Shown here in pieces: positions 1-11,900 of a stretch of DNA of 64,000 nucleotides; position 1 is the stretch's first letter; every line of letters starts with the position of its first letter. A model generated the notes under the pieces. That model did no database searches and had not been told where the DNA came from. It was given only the letters and a program-made list of their open reading frames with translations. This stretch comes from Amphiscolops sp. MND2022 (taxonomy: Eukaryota). A program made the position numbers and the translations under genes. Where the stretch lies: contig OZ076409.1 of NCBI GenBank assembly GCA_964187785.1, positions 48,052,001 through 48,116,000 of the forward strand. The letters run 5' to 3'.

Positions 1-816
1 GGGTCTTTTGGCTTACTCTGGTGCCCGTATTTAACGAAGGATTACTAATAGCAGAGGATCTGTGTAATCATCATGCTTATACATTGCGCCATCTCAAGTT
101 GAAGGCAAATTCAATTTTAGGGGATATGCTGACTTCATCAGTCGGCAATTCTTCACTGTAAGAAGTTTGAAACTCTATTTTTGAAACCACCATTGATTTC
201 GAAGCACTTTGAACTCAGGTACCTGCAAAAAAAGAAGCAATGGTACTGCGAAGTACTTCAAACACTGGGACAAGATGCTGTTATGAAATGAGGGGACACG
301 AAGGTGCATTCAGATTTGCTTGGCAAGACTGATAGCGAAGATATTGTATTTTTTAGCGTATTTCGTCCAGATCAGTACTTAATGAAACGCTTTCAAAAAT
401 TCATGCATTTAGATACCTTACCTGCAGCGACATCATTTCAATCATTCTTTTTTCTTTGAATGTTCCGCTGATCATAGAATATAGCTTACATTTGACTGAT
501 TTAAATCACTATTAGTTGATTGATATTCAAATTTCAAAACCAGTCTGTCAGTTTTATAATTTTCAAAAGTCGCAACTAACTTTGAAGCTCGTGGAGACAA
601 CCTAGGCTTGCAAAACTCCTCATACAAACAAATAATTGAACTTCATTTTGAAATGCAGAATTGACAAATTAGAGATTTAATCTGATGTTAAATAAATCAA
701 TTGAATGGGTTGTAGCTTTCTAACTTTCTTTGATTACACTTTGTTATTTTCAAGATTGAGATTTTGCTTCGTTGATTTGGTAGCATGTCACGTAACACCT
801 GCTTGACATGGCCATG

Positions 817-1004
817 TTATTCAGATAATTCATACTTCTTCGAGTATCCAATTCGGATAGCAATCGCAAGCCCGATAACCGCAATAGAAATGCCACAACC
901 GATGAAAGGCAGAATAAGGGACCAACCCCATTCACATCCATTGCAATTCCCGTCATGTTTGTAGGCTACTGTTGCCACTGCACAAGCGCCACCCAAAAAC
1001 GCAG
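817..1004 (-). CDS. Terminal exon of claudin-like gene (end of TM3, loop, TM4)
   Basis: WGWSLILPFIG motif typical of TM4 in PMP22/claudin proteins; pyrimidine tract plus AG at 1005-1006; TAA at 817-819. Confidence 0.75.
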
Positions 1005-1035
1005 CTAAAAAAGCAAAATTTCCTAACTTCTGTTT

Positions 1036-1671
1036 TCAATTTTTTAACAACCCTTTTAATTTTCCGCCCATATTCCATATGGGAATGTCATGAACGTTAC
1101 CGATGGACGGTCTACCTAATCGGTATCCATCATGTTGTTCATTTCTACAGTCAGCTTTAGCGTTTGGAATTCGCTTTTCCTCGGCATTTGCTTCCGCTCT
1201 CTCAACTGGGACTTCCCATCCCCTTCTGGTCTCTCGGCCCGATCCGGCCATTATGACATTCTGTATCTGAGGCAATACTTGACTGCTGATAGCCTCATTA
1301 ATGGCCCTTTGGATCTGCGTCCCAACATTATTCATCATTTCATCCATCTCACGGGATATCCTAGAGTTCAATTCGCTAGACAACCTATTTATCTCAGCTA
1401 GTGAGTTTGCTTCAACTGAGTTTTGGCCAAAATCGGCACTTGTCCTAGGTTCATCATTTCTGCAATTAGAAAATAGGCTTTCGCCCTCGTTGTCCAAGTT
1501 ATTACTTATGACACTTTCTCTCCTCCCAACGGAGTTATTGTCTAAACTCCTTTCTCTTTCAGTTCCATTGTAACGATCGCCTCCTAACATTATGTCTAGA
1601 TTTTCGATATCAGAAAGGATCTCTAGTCCTCTGGACTTTCTAGTCTTCTTTTGTTTTCTTGTAGTAGGCAT
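1036..1671 (-). CDS. 3'-LTR copy of the Gag N-terminus (195 aa) fused to 16 codons of flanking host intron
   Basis: Nearly identical to the first 195 aa of gag 14152-15864; diverges exactly at the LTR boundary 1086. Confidence 0.7.
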   Translation of the reverse strand: MPTTRKQKKTRKSRGLEILSDIENLDIMLGGDRYNGTERERSLDNNSVGRRESVISNNLDNEGESLFSNCRNDEPRTSADFGQNSVEANSLAEINRLSSELNSRISREMDEMMNNVGTQIQRAINEAISSQVLPQIQNVIMAGSGRETRRGWEVPVERAEANAEEKRIPNAKADCRNEQHDGYRLGRPSIGNVHDIPIWNMGGKLKGLLKN

Positions 1672-2795
1672 AAGGAAACTTCGAGTATAAAATTAAATTA
1701 GATTATATCTCGAAAATAACAGTGAAACCGTTTGTACTAATATGATAGTCTTTTTCAGAAGAGAGCAAATAAGGAAGTGTCTCCTCTCTCAAAGGCACGG
1801 GTATTTATACCCCCGAAAGAGTGACACTCTCATTCCTTACATTCTTTGACTAAGACAATACCATATGACTGCATTTTTGATGGTCACAGGATGAACGCTA
1901 TCCATTTCAAATATTATACATCAAAGGGACAATCATTCAACCGTTAGCACCGTTTACATATTTGGCAAAATATTTTCATTGAACAGGTATTTGTTGATGT
2001 AGGTGCACATACTTTAGCACGTGACGGCACAACAAATATGTTTAGTCTAAATACCTTTCATGGGTACAATGACAAAAGGCCTGATAAGGCAATAATATCA
2101 AATTTCATGCAACAGCTATTTTAGAACAAAATTGGATAACTATCCGTTAATGGTACAACAAAACATCAATTAACACTTCAGATTAGTACTTCATGATCAA
2201 CTAAATATCATTATATGAAATTAGCATCAATCACAAGTGCTTTGTTTATGGCAGACTGAATAGTCGAATTAAGCCGTCTGCCTGAACGGCATTAATAGCA
2301 CTTTCATCCGGTTTGTACAAAGGCCGTAATCGGCAAAAGAGAATAAAGCACACGAAAATGAAGGCCTCTGATTGGCTAATTGAGTGAGCGCAAGTGACGC
2401 TAGCAAGAAAATACAGGAGTCCATTTGAACTCGTTTCCGTATTTTCTTTAAGTTGCTTACCATAATCTTTGATTATTATTACATCGCATTGACAATACAA
2501 CAGCACAACACAATCTATGTTAACAGACTAATATACACTTAACATTCAGGACTAAGGTCGATCATAAACAATCAATAAGTGCAATAATTCTAAGTTTTGG
2601 TGATAAGCGAATACGTCCCGGTACGGCCCTTTTGGCTTTTTCTAAAATAATACGGCAACAAAACACATGAGCAATGTAAAAGTTTAAGAGATAGTTTTAG
2701 TTTACTTTAATAGATAGGGAGAGTTCCTGGGGCCACATCCTGACCAACAGCCGTTGTTGTAATCCTTGTGCCGTCACAGGCGGCAGCCTGCGACA
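1086..2795 (-). repeat. 3' LTR of copy 1 (1710 bp)
   Basis: Matches 15279-16987 with about a dozen substitutions and one 1-bp indel (by eye); element-strand termini TGTCG...TGACA. Confidence 0.96.
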
Positions 2796-3477
2796 CAGCG
2801 GGTGTAATGAAAAGAAGACTGCCTGCATTAAGACCATTGATGTAGGCTTCTTTCCTGAGAGCTGTTATGTAAGCGGGTTCGCTCCTTGGAGTTGAGACTT
2901 CCATGTATTTGTTTATCTTTATGGATTTTATTTCATCCACAGATTTTCCACAAACCATACAGCTTGTGCTCCTTTGGGAGCTGATATCAGTGTAAGGCAA
3001 CGCATTTTGTATGTGGAAAGAAGCATGGAATCCGCTATTTTCGGGTTGTATCACCGGCGTATCCATAGACGGCCCTCTCTCATGAGCGGGGGGCGAAAGC
3101 GGTGACTCTAACACAGGCAGAATCGTCTTGCATAATTCTATCCTCCTCTTCGTGTTGCCTCAAGACGGAGCATAGCATAGTTTCTCGTCGAAGTAGGTTT
3201 TGTCCAACTTCGGTGTGGTTTGCACGTCTGAAGGCACAGAGCTAGGACCAGGTTCATCGCTTGCCGTCGTCATTCTTCTGCCGGCTATTGGAATTGGCTC
3301 AGCTCGGACTTGAGTTTCAATCCTCCTCACCATCTCTTCTGTGTCCGTAGACCAGTCTGAGTCCCATCCGTCAGAGGTTTCTTCATCACTGCTGATGTAG
3401 ATTACAGAGTCTCCCGATGAGTCAGAACTGAACTCCAAAGAACCAAAGAGTTTTCTCGCTTTATTAAATCTTTCCAT
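2707..3477 (-). CDS. Accessory ORF (~256 codons, one in-frame TGA at 3160-3162): acidic SIM-like motif, SPLSPP, CxxCGKS; C-terminus lies inside the 3' LTR
   Basis: ORFs 3160-3477 and 2707-3114 are in the same frame and joined by open codons GNTKRRIELCKTILP; homologues at 32570-33515 and 63532-64000. Confidence 0.8.
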
Positions 3478-4419
3478 TATTAGTTTTTTCGCAATTTTGG
3501 AGCTAATGAGGCGACTGATTGTTGTATGAATAGAGGTAGAATGAATTCACTGAAATTCCGTGGAATGCCGAGTTAGGACAATTTCCCGGGTTCCCCGTTC
3601 GGCGGCAAATACTTAGGTTAATCGTCCCGATTCGTCGTAAACTTTCCCGAATGGCTTTTCCAGCGGCATTCCTTCTTTGAATTTCAGGTGTCGGCCTACT
3701 CACCATCATCCTCTTAAGTGGTAGCGAGATGAGTTTTCAAGTCGATATCAACAAATAACTTCACTTCAAGTGGGTAATTAACGGGTTGTTTGCCGGTAGT
3801 TAACGACTCGCGTTACCTAGTTTTCTCAAAATGGCTCCAGCCAATCAGGAACTCTCGTTGATGAAATAAAAAATGAATAGATAAATGAATAAATAAAATG
3901 GCGAAAATCATAACTGGAGTAACCCAAAATGGCGAAATTCTAATCAGGAGTAACTGGGATAACGGAACAAAACAACAAAACAAAATAAGGTAAATGGTCA
4001 TAACCGGCCACTAACTAAAATCAAGTTGTAACTAACGAATGTTCTCTGTACATTTCGCTGGCAGACTCCATGTACAATTTTAAATATGTAAATAATCATA
4101 GAATATTAGTCTGGTAAATCTCTTCAGCCACGAACTCCAACTTTTCATTCTCAATAATTACATTAACCAATTCCTCTGACATCTGTATTTGTTAAATTCA
4201 TATCATTCATACTTGTATTCCTGCTGCTACATACATCCATATCCGTTCCCGGCTCCGTTATTGTCTCGTCTTTCTACGAGGACATCTTGTGCTTCCCTTT
4301 CTCTCAGCCGTACCCGGCCTGACTACACTACTCCTATCAGCTGGGTCCAAATAGTTACCTTGGTGACAGCGGCTCAAAAGGAACATGTCTTCAAATTCAG
4401 GTTGGTCTGGATTTTCATT

Positions 4420-4556
4420 ATTGAACTAGTTTAGCTTGATCAGGGCTAGACTATGTTCATATCAGCTTCCTGTTTCCAATAGCAAACACGTGATAACATG
4501 TTTCCGTTCAAATTTTCAAATCACTTCCGGAAGGTTTCTAACGCGGTAAATGGATT
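4420..4556 (+). promoter_or_regulatory. Putative internal promoter block upstream of the antisense gene, with a palindromic ETS-like ACTTCCGGAAG
   Basis: TTGAACTAG, AGCTTGATCAGGGCT, CTTCCTGT and ACTTCCGGAAG are conserved in order at 34448-34572 in the diverged copy 2. Confidence 0.6.
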
Positions 4557-7500
4557 TCTTTCAAGGAAGCTCACCGCCTACGTTCATCTCTTTCTGTTTA
4601 GAAAATCAGAATGAAGATGATCAACAAGTACCAGCCAACACCGAGGAAGGCATACCTGCTCAACTCAACCAAGTGTCGACCCAGATTGTCCTTTCAGAGA
4701 GTGCGCCAATCTCGGCCCTTTCTCCTCCTTCTTTCCACCCGACACGGAACTTATTCTCTCAGGTTCAGACTGCTGTTGATTCCCCTTTCAGCACTGACAG
4801 CAACGTAGATGTGACGGCCTATGCTACTGAAATGGTGCAACGAATGGAGGCGGCTCGAACAGCCTCAGAAGATATAACAAGTCAGGCTGCTACAGTATTC
4901 CCCAAGGCAACGGGAAATGCAGATGATTTAACCCCCAGTCCACCCACAGATCCTAGGAGGACCAGTACACCAAAATCTGGCAACCAACACCCAACTGAAT
5001 CTTCAAATCTGTCTCAGCTTGAAATGAATTTGAAGATTGTTGAGACCACAGAGACTGGGTTCCCTGAGTTACAGCCCACAACAAATGCTTTGAAGGAGAA
5101 TGCCGGGGCTTCCTTATTTCAGGCTGAGGAAGATTCCTCCTCGACCTTCAGCGGACCTCCTCCACTTCCTGGAAAACCGGCCCAATCAACCAGTTGTGGA
5201 AGTGACATTGATACTCCAGGGGAAATGTCTGGGCTGGACAACCTCCCTCCTCTCTATGGAGTTGTCCCAGGCTACTCTGAGCTCGAATCTGAAAAAGGTA
5301 CCGAAACGGAACTAGAAGAATGCCTCAACAACCAGCCTGGGACATCCAGAATGACCCTTGAAGAGCCATTGAGAGAACTATCAGGGCGCAGTCGGGCTAT
5401 CCTGAAGCAGTATTTTGAGGCGGAAAACGCATACACCTTCCCAGTGGGTCACAGAACTGTAGCTTTCACTGAGCCACAGATATACCATCTGTTGCGTGTT
5501 TTAACAGACGAGGCCATTAATATGACTTGCTCCACTATGGAAAGAATGGTCATCGGAGCCGTAAAGGGGACACCAGCCACTGCTCCTTCAAGGACAAAAC
5601 ATTTCCTAACCCGGACACGTGTCCAGACTCCCAAGCCTATGCAGTCAGGAAATTCAAGCTCCGAGGAAGCCATAACCGACCCCGGACAAGATTCAGAATC
5701 TCATGGAGATTTTAGTGCACTGTTTGAGGTAGGGGACATTTCTATGCCGGAAGACAGCGATAGTTCAGGTGAGATGGCTCTGATAGCTGACACTTTAAGA
5801 AAGTCGGCCTTCGATAGTGCCGGAATTGGCTAAAAGCCACACCTACACTCCAGTTCAGCAGTAGAAGGAATTGAGTCGACAGGTCACAGTAGTTTGGACG
5901 CCACGCTATCTGAACTGAGGGACCAACCCATGTCACAAAAATCATCATTGAAGAAGCCCTGCAAAAAGGTGGTTCGACCCAAAAGAGCTTCAAGGCGAGG
6001 GGTGCCCATGCGAGAGGAATTCTTCTCGAAAATCGGCTGGACACGATCGTTTATTTCAGGTCCAGCAGATCCACTGCACAACCCGCACATGGTTTGGTGC
6101 CACATGTGCAAAAAGAATTTCTCAATAAAGACAAAAGGAGTAGTCGAGATCCTGAGGCACCACATGACAGAAAGGCATCTGCGCCGGGACCAGCGTTGGC
6201 GCTATGAACATCTTAAGAGCGTGGACCCTGTCACAGGCAAAATTCATCATAGAGTTAGAGGTAGGAACGGGAAGATCCTCAGCAAGGCGGAACTAGCTCA
6301 AGAATTACCAAATTTCATCCACACTGAACTTATTGATGTAGGAGAAAGATTTCCGTTTTATGAGGACTATCTCAGAGGAAACACAGCTGCACTGGTAACT
6401 CCCCAATCCCGGGATAGGACCCAAATTCACCTCATCGGAGATTTCAACCAGAGACAGGGAGACATTGCTGTGCTCCGAAATTTGTGGTCACGAGTTGGGT
6501 CTTTCACTGAATACCAGGCTGCTTTCCGTGATTTCGATTGGAGTGAAGACAGAATAATGGTAAGCATATTTTGTTCGTCCTGACTCATTGTCGGTATACG
6601 CAGATACACTCATACTTATATATGTAAATATTTAGGCCTTGTGCGTGTATATAGGCGTTGGACTTACGGATAACATTTGTATTGCCCATTTTAGGCCATA
6701 TTCCAGCACATTTTCAATTGTGTCATGGAAGATATTGCCGAACATGTCACTTCTTCTCAACACTACTCCATTGAATTTGAAGACAGAGGGGCAAATCGAC
6801 TGATGTCCCTGCGCTTCTGGAAAGGAACAAAGCTGTGCAGAGTTTTTATTTGCCGAAGTGCACTACCCGCGTCTGAACTCTCAGGAGAATTTGGATCCTT
6901 GTCCCGGCTATTATCAGTAGTGTCGACCGGTCCGGATATGGTCGCTTGTTCAGGTTGTCCCGTGGACTTCATTCGGACTATTGATCACCACTCCTCCTAC
7001 TCTTACGGAATCCAAAGCTGCTTCCGCTTTGAATTGCTCGACCTGCAACTACTGATGCACAAATTCACCTACAGCGTGTTTGGGAGGATCGACATGTTCT
7101 CTGTACTCCAGTGTCTCTTAGTCTCCCTTGGGGGGTCTACCACCGAAGACTGGGTCCGAGGAACTCCCGAATTAACTTGTGTTAGTATCTCTTGTTTTAC
7201 TGCTGTAGGAGGATAGAAAGGTATGGGTGGCAGTCAAGGTATACGATCTGTCTCTTAAAATCATGCTTTATTTAGGCTATTACCACTTGCAAGCTGGAAG
7301 TGGACAGGCTCCCTGATTTGTGTCGAGATCTACTTAAGCGATGGAAGCAAATCCTCCGCTATCTTTCACTCCACTCCCGACTTCAAGAAAACCAAGGAGT
7401 ACACAACAAGGTCCAGAGCTTTGAGTGGTCCTTGATTTCCGATGACTTCTTCGCCGTCCGACTGGAGTTTTTTCAACGGCTCGTCAGTGACTGTAAGTAT

Positions 7501-8726
7501 ACAGCTCTCTTGAGTATTTCTGTCATATGTCCGGGCTTGAGTATTTTGGTTTTGTGTTTTCAGACGTCTCGAGTTTTGTCACCAACCTTGCACGCAGGCG
7601 GGATGCTACCTTCCATCTTTGCGGGGAGGTCTGCAGGTTCATAAGCCGACTCTGCTTCCGCGTATACCAGCCTGACACCGTCCCCCTTGAAAGCGCCTGG
7701 TTCCATCTCCTAGATTTCATGGTCAGCGACGGAAAGTTCTTGGAGGATGGCGAATTTCTCATAAGGCTCAACATGACGAATAAAGTTACTGCCTCAAGCA
7801 ACTTGAAAGCCGCTGGACTGCACTTCAATAAGAAGTCAAGTAAGGCAGCCATTGACAAAACGGCTGAGACGGCCAAAGCTGATTTCGCCAACAGTGCAAA
7901 GAAGTACATTGAGTACCTCCTGGGAGCTGTTCTGCAACATCCGGGTCTCAGTTCGGACCCCATTAAGGGATTAGCAGCCTTCGACCCTTATATCATGATG
8001 AAGAGACCAACCGAAGTGGCCCTTCGTCATTTTGGCATTTTATGTTCAACTTTCCAATTGCGCTCTTGGGTTACAGCAGCGAATGAGGCTCTATGCCGGG
8101 ACCAGTATCTAGCCTTACTGGACTATCTTCGGACAAACCATGGTTCTGGCCCTAGTCTTGCCTTAGAGTCGTTGGACCTAATAGACTTTCTCATGGGGCT
8201 TGAATTCCTCCAATCGAACGAGCTTATCTTCCATCTCTTCAAGTTATGTTGTTTGTGTCTTACGTCAGTCAGCCCTCAGTATCCAAGTGTGTTCATGGGA
8301 AATATAGATACTACTGATTTCCAGTCTCGAGTAGCGGACGTAATCCTGCCCTGTCAGAGCTATCTGTCTGAGGTCACCGATTCCTTAGCTCTCTGTTGTA
8401 CAGAGGCCAGTCTTGACAAGTTCTACCTCCTTTCTGCTTCATTTGGCCAGTCTGGGTTCTCTGCCGATTACGATCCTTGGACTTATGTGGATACCTTCGG
8501 CCGCTCAGTTATTTACAAGTCTCTCGTTTCTTCTCATCGTTCTGTTTCCTCGGGGACGGAAGTACGTTCTAAATGTGCAGTGGCAGCCGATACTTCCTCC
8601 GTCAAAGATGTGCCAGCTGTCCAATTGCCTAGTGACCGTAAACGAAGGCGAATGGATAAAAGCCAATCCCGTTCGAGGTCCTCCTCTGTAGTGATGGAAC
8701 CCACAACTAGCAGCTCTAAATCTTAA
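4550..8726 (+). CDS. Antisense 4-exon gene (~1291 codons): disordered N-terminus, BED-type zinc finger, degenerate hAT-transposase-like body; one in-frame TAA at 5831-5833
   Basis: Exons 4550-6559, 6695-7180, 7276-7492 and 7564-8726. Donors GTAAGC/GTTAGT/GTAAGT and acceptors TTTTAG/TTTAG/TTTCAG (phases 0,0,1) join the listed ORFs in frame. CHMC-x17-HHMTERH finger at 6098-6178. Confidence 0.85.
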
Positions 8727-8966
8727 TTGTGCATATGTATGTATGTACAATCAAACTGTTAACCTTGTCATTTTCTGTTTTGTTGATTTGTCTATATTAT
8801 TCGTTTCTTTCTCTTGCTTTCCTTGATCCCGTATTTATTCTTTTGTAAGCGATTACCTTTGAGTCCCGTTATTTATTCAAAGATACCGTTGTTTGGGACT
8901 AGAAAAAAAACAAAGAAAAGAGAGATATGATTCAGGGCTTGTTTCCTGAACTGAACTCAATTTTCT

Positions 8967-11900
8967 CTAGTATCTGAAGTCTTCTGAGTAGTTTGGGTTG
9001 GGGTTAGGCCTGAGATTATATTTCCCTCCTCTAGGGCTCAGACTTTCATTTCTAGCATCATTCTCCGATATTTCGGGCACGATAATATCATCCCCCCTAT
9101 TTGGAGAGATGTTTGCATCATTTTCATTCAACGAATTTCTCTCTGAAAAAATTTCATCATTTTTCGGTCCACTTGCCGTACTCGGTAAAGATTTTTCTTG
9201 GTTTTTCGGGGAAACGGCCGGATTCGGCCAATCAGATTTGTTATTTTCTGTCACTGCAGTAGCTTCATTTCTTTTAGTGACGTCATCATCTAAGCGTTCA
9301 TTCCGGTTGTGTGCCGCGTTGTCGTTGTTTAATTCTTCTCGCGTGATTATGTAATCCGCTTCATTCTCGTCTACGTCATTTGTATTCGTTTCTGCCGCGT
9401 TCGGCTGTTCGGCATTCGGTAAGCTAGTCGGAATAGGCGCACTGCCTCGTGTGATTAGCTGCTCGCCAAAGTCGGTTTCCCACGTTATGATATATAAATC
9501 ATCTTGCGGAATGATAATTTCTTCGTCTGGCTGCAACTGTTGTTCTCGGAAATTGTCCTCAAGCGGTTGATTAGGGACAAACCTTTTAAGGCGAATGCGA
9601 TGTAAAATTTGAGTTTTGTTCGTATTAATTCGTCGCACTATATAATTTTCATTTGGCAAGACTTTTTGGACTACGAATGGTCCAACCCAACGGTAATCAC
9701 GGAATGGGATTTTTGCTCCTTGATTGTCCGCTTTCGGCTGTAAGACAAAACAGTATTCTTTCTCCTTTAATGGAGCGGCTTTTGCTTTGCGGTCGTAATA
9801 TTCTTTGTACTTGATATACGACTGCATTATGTTCTGCTTCGTTTTGTCAATCAAGATTTTTGTCCGATTTTGGATCTCTTCAGCAAATTCGGTTGTGGGA
9901 TTGATCTGCTCGTTTGGATTATTTCCAAGCTTGTGATCCAGAATATTGTGAGGAATTCTGCCATGGAATACCCTTGTTGGCTCACAACCGATGCTGGCAT
10001 GATAACTGGTATTATAATTAAGTACTGCTAATGGCAAGTATTTGTGCCATTGTCGGCGGTATTCCCCACATGCCATTTTGAGATTTGTCTTTAATGAGGC
10101 ATGGGTCCGCTCTAATTTGCCAATTGTTTGCGGATGCTTTGTTGTTGCACATTTGAGTGTGATGCCCAAAATCTGCGTAACCTCCGCAATAATCGTAGAA
10201 GTGAATGCAGTACCCTTATCAGTAATAAGAGTTGTTGGTAGATATGCATGCTTGGTCATTATGTCAATGAGCGCTTTTGCCACATTGATTGCTGATGCGT
10301 CCGTAAGAGGGTAAGCGAACAAATATCTGGAGAAAACATCAATTGCTGTTAGATCGTTTTCATACCCTCCACTTGGGGGAAGATTCGGCAATAGGTCAAT
10401 TTGCATGGCGTCTTCAGGTCCAAGGTCCCATTCGGGCAAATTGAGCAGCTCAGGTGTGATCGTTGCGTTATGGACTCTTTTGTCTCTGGCACATTGTTCG
10501 CACCCTTCTACCCACTTTTTGACGTGTTTAGCCATGCTAGGGTAGTAATACCTCTGTCTAATTTACTGCAACATTTTGGAAATCCCGGGATGTTTATGCG
10601 CTGTTCCGTGAAGGGACTGAAGCAATTCCCGAAGTAGGTGTTGCGGGAGCAAAATTTGATGGTATTTAACATTCCCTGTTTCATCAAAATATTGCCTCGT
10701 CAGGATTTCGTCCTTGAGTACAATTCGTTCCAGATTATTTGCATAGTGTCTATATCGGGTATCCTGTTGCAGTATGTTTTCTGAATAGTCTTCATGAAGG
10801 AGCTTTGCCTTCAATTGTTGCAATACTGCATCTTTGGACTGCTCGATGATTATCTGGTTTGTTTTCTTGAATCGGACTTGAATGTCTGGTTGTTGTTTGA
10901 CCAGATTGGTTGACAGAGTTTGTATGGTAACAGTGGGCTCATCAGTCATTGGATTTTTCCTGATTGTTTCTTTTCTTGCCCAATACTGTTCCTCTGTCTC
11001 GTCGTCATCATTCGTATAGAATATTTGTTCTTCCTGTGATACCCCCGCAGATTGGACATTTATCTCAATGGGTAGAGTTTGCACGTCCTCACGGATTTTC
11101 ATGATTAATTTATCCTTCGGATCTGCCTCCAATCGGGACAAATAGTCAGCTGCTGTGTTCTGTGCCCCCGGGATATGCGCTATGACAAAATTGAACTGAA
11201 TCACATAATCACATGCATTCCACAGGGCTGGGGGTATTATTTTCGTTTGAAAAAATCTCGTCACAGCTTTGTTGTCTGTGAGGATAATGACCGGTTTGGG
11301 CGCACCCCAGAATATATGCCCAAATTCTTTGAATGCAAAATAAATTGCAAGAAACTCTTTGGCATATATTGACATCTTGATTTGGGCTGGGGTGAAGGTT
11401 TTTGAGCCATATGCCACGGGTGCATAGGATTTTCGGAGAGATGTGAATTTCTGGTTCGGATCGTCTTCTATTAAGACCGCATATCCAGCTGCACCAAAAC
11501 TTGCGTCAGTCATTAGTGCTATCTGTTTGTTCGGGATAGGTTGTTGTAGGGCCAAGTCGCAACATTTGTCTAGCGCCCTATTGATTTCTTCGAATTGTTG
11601 GACTAATTCTTTCGATACTAGGACTTTTTCGTCACTTTTGAGCATCTTGTAGAATGGAGCAAGGCGTTCGGAGAGTCTTGGGACATAATTCCTGTAATAG
11701 TTTAGGAATCCCAAATAGCGCTGTAAAGCCTTTTTCGACTTTGGGAATTTGGTCTTTTCCAGAAAGTTTTGCACGTTCTGTTTCTGAGGTTTGACGCCTT
11801 GTGGGGTAATAGTCCGTCCGAGAAAATCAATTTCTTTTGCACCGAAGTGACATTTGTGCATTGTCAACTTAAGGCCTGCTTCCTGAATGCATTTGAACGT

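Noticed and set aside
170..467. Two possible small minus-strand exons (GTFKEKRMIEMMSLQ / VPEFKVLRNQWWFQK*)
   Set aside because: Splice signals are plausible, but there is no recognisable product or upstream link
750..956. 68-aa ORF from the track
   Set aside because: A different frame of the same strand carries the claudin-like exon
3503..3709. 68-aa ORF upstream of the accessory gene as a fifth gene
   Set aside because: No convincing protein-level match in copy 2
4361..4372. Second PBS-like sequence TGGTGACAGCGG on the plus strand
   Set aside because: No adjacent LTR end and not conserved in copy 2; a 9-base match is plausible by chance
4550..8726. Interpretation as env or as an active nested hAT transposon
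   Set aside because: Wrong strand and no obvious signal peptide or TM anchor for env; no TIRs, TSD or full DDE triad, and the position is shared by two diverged elements
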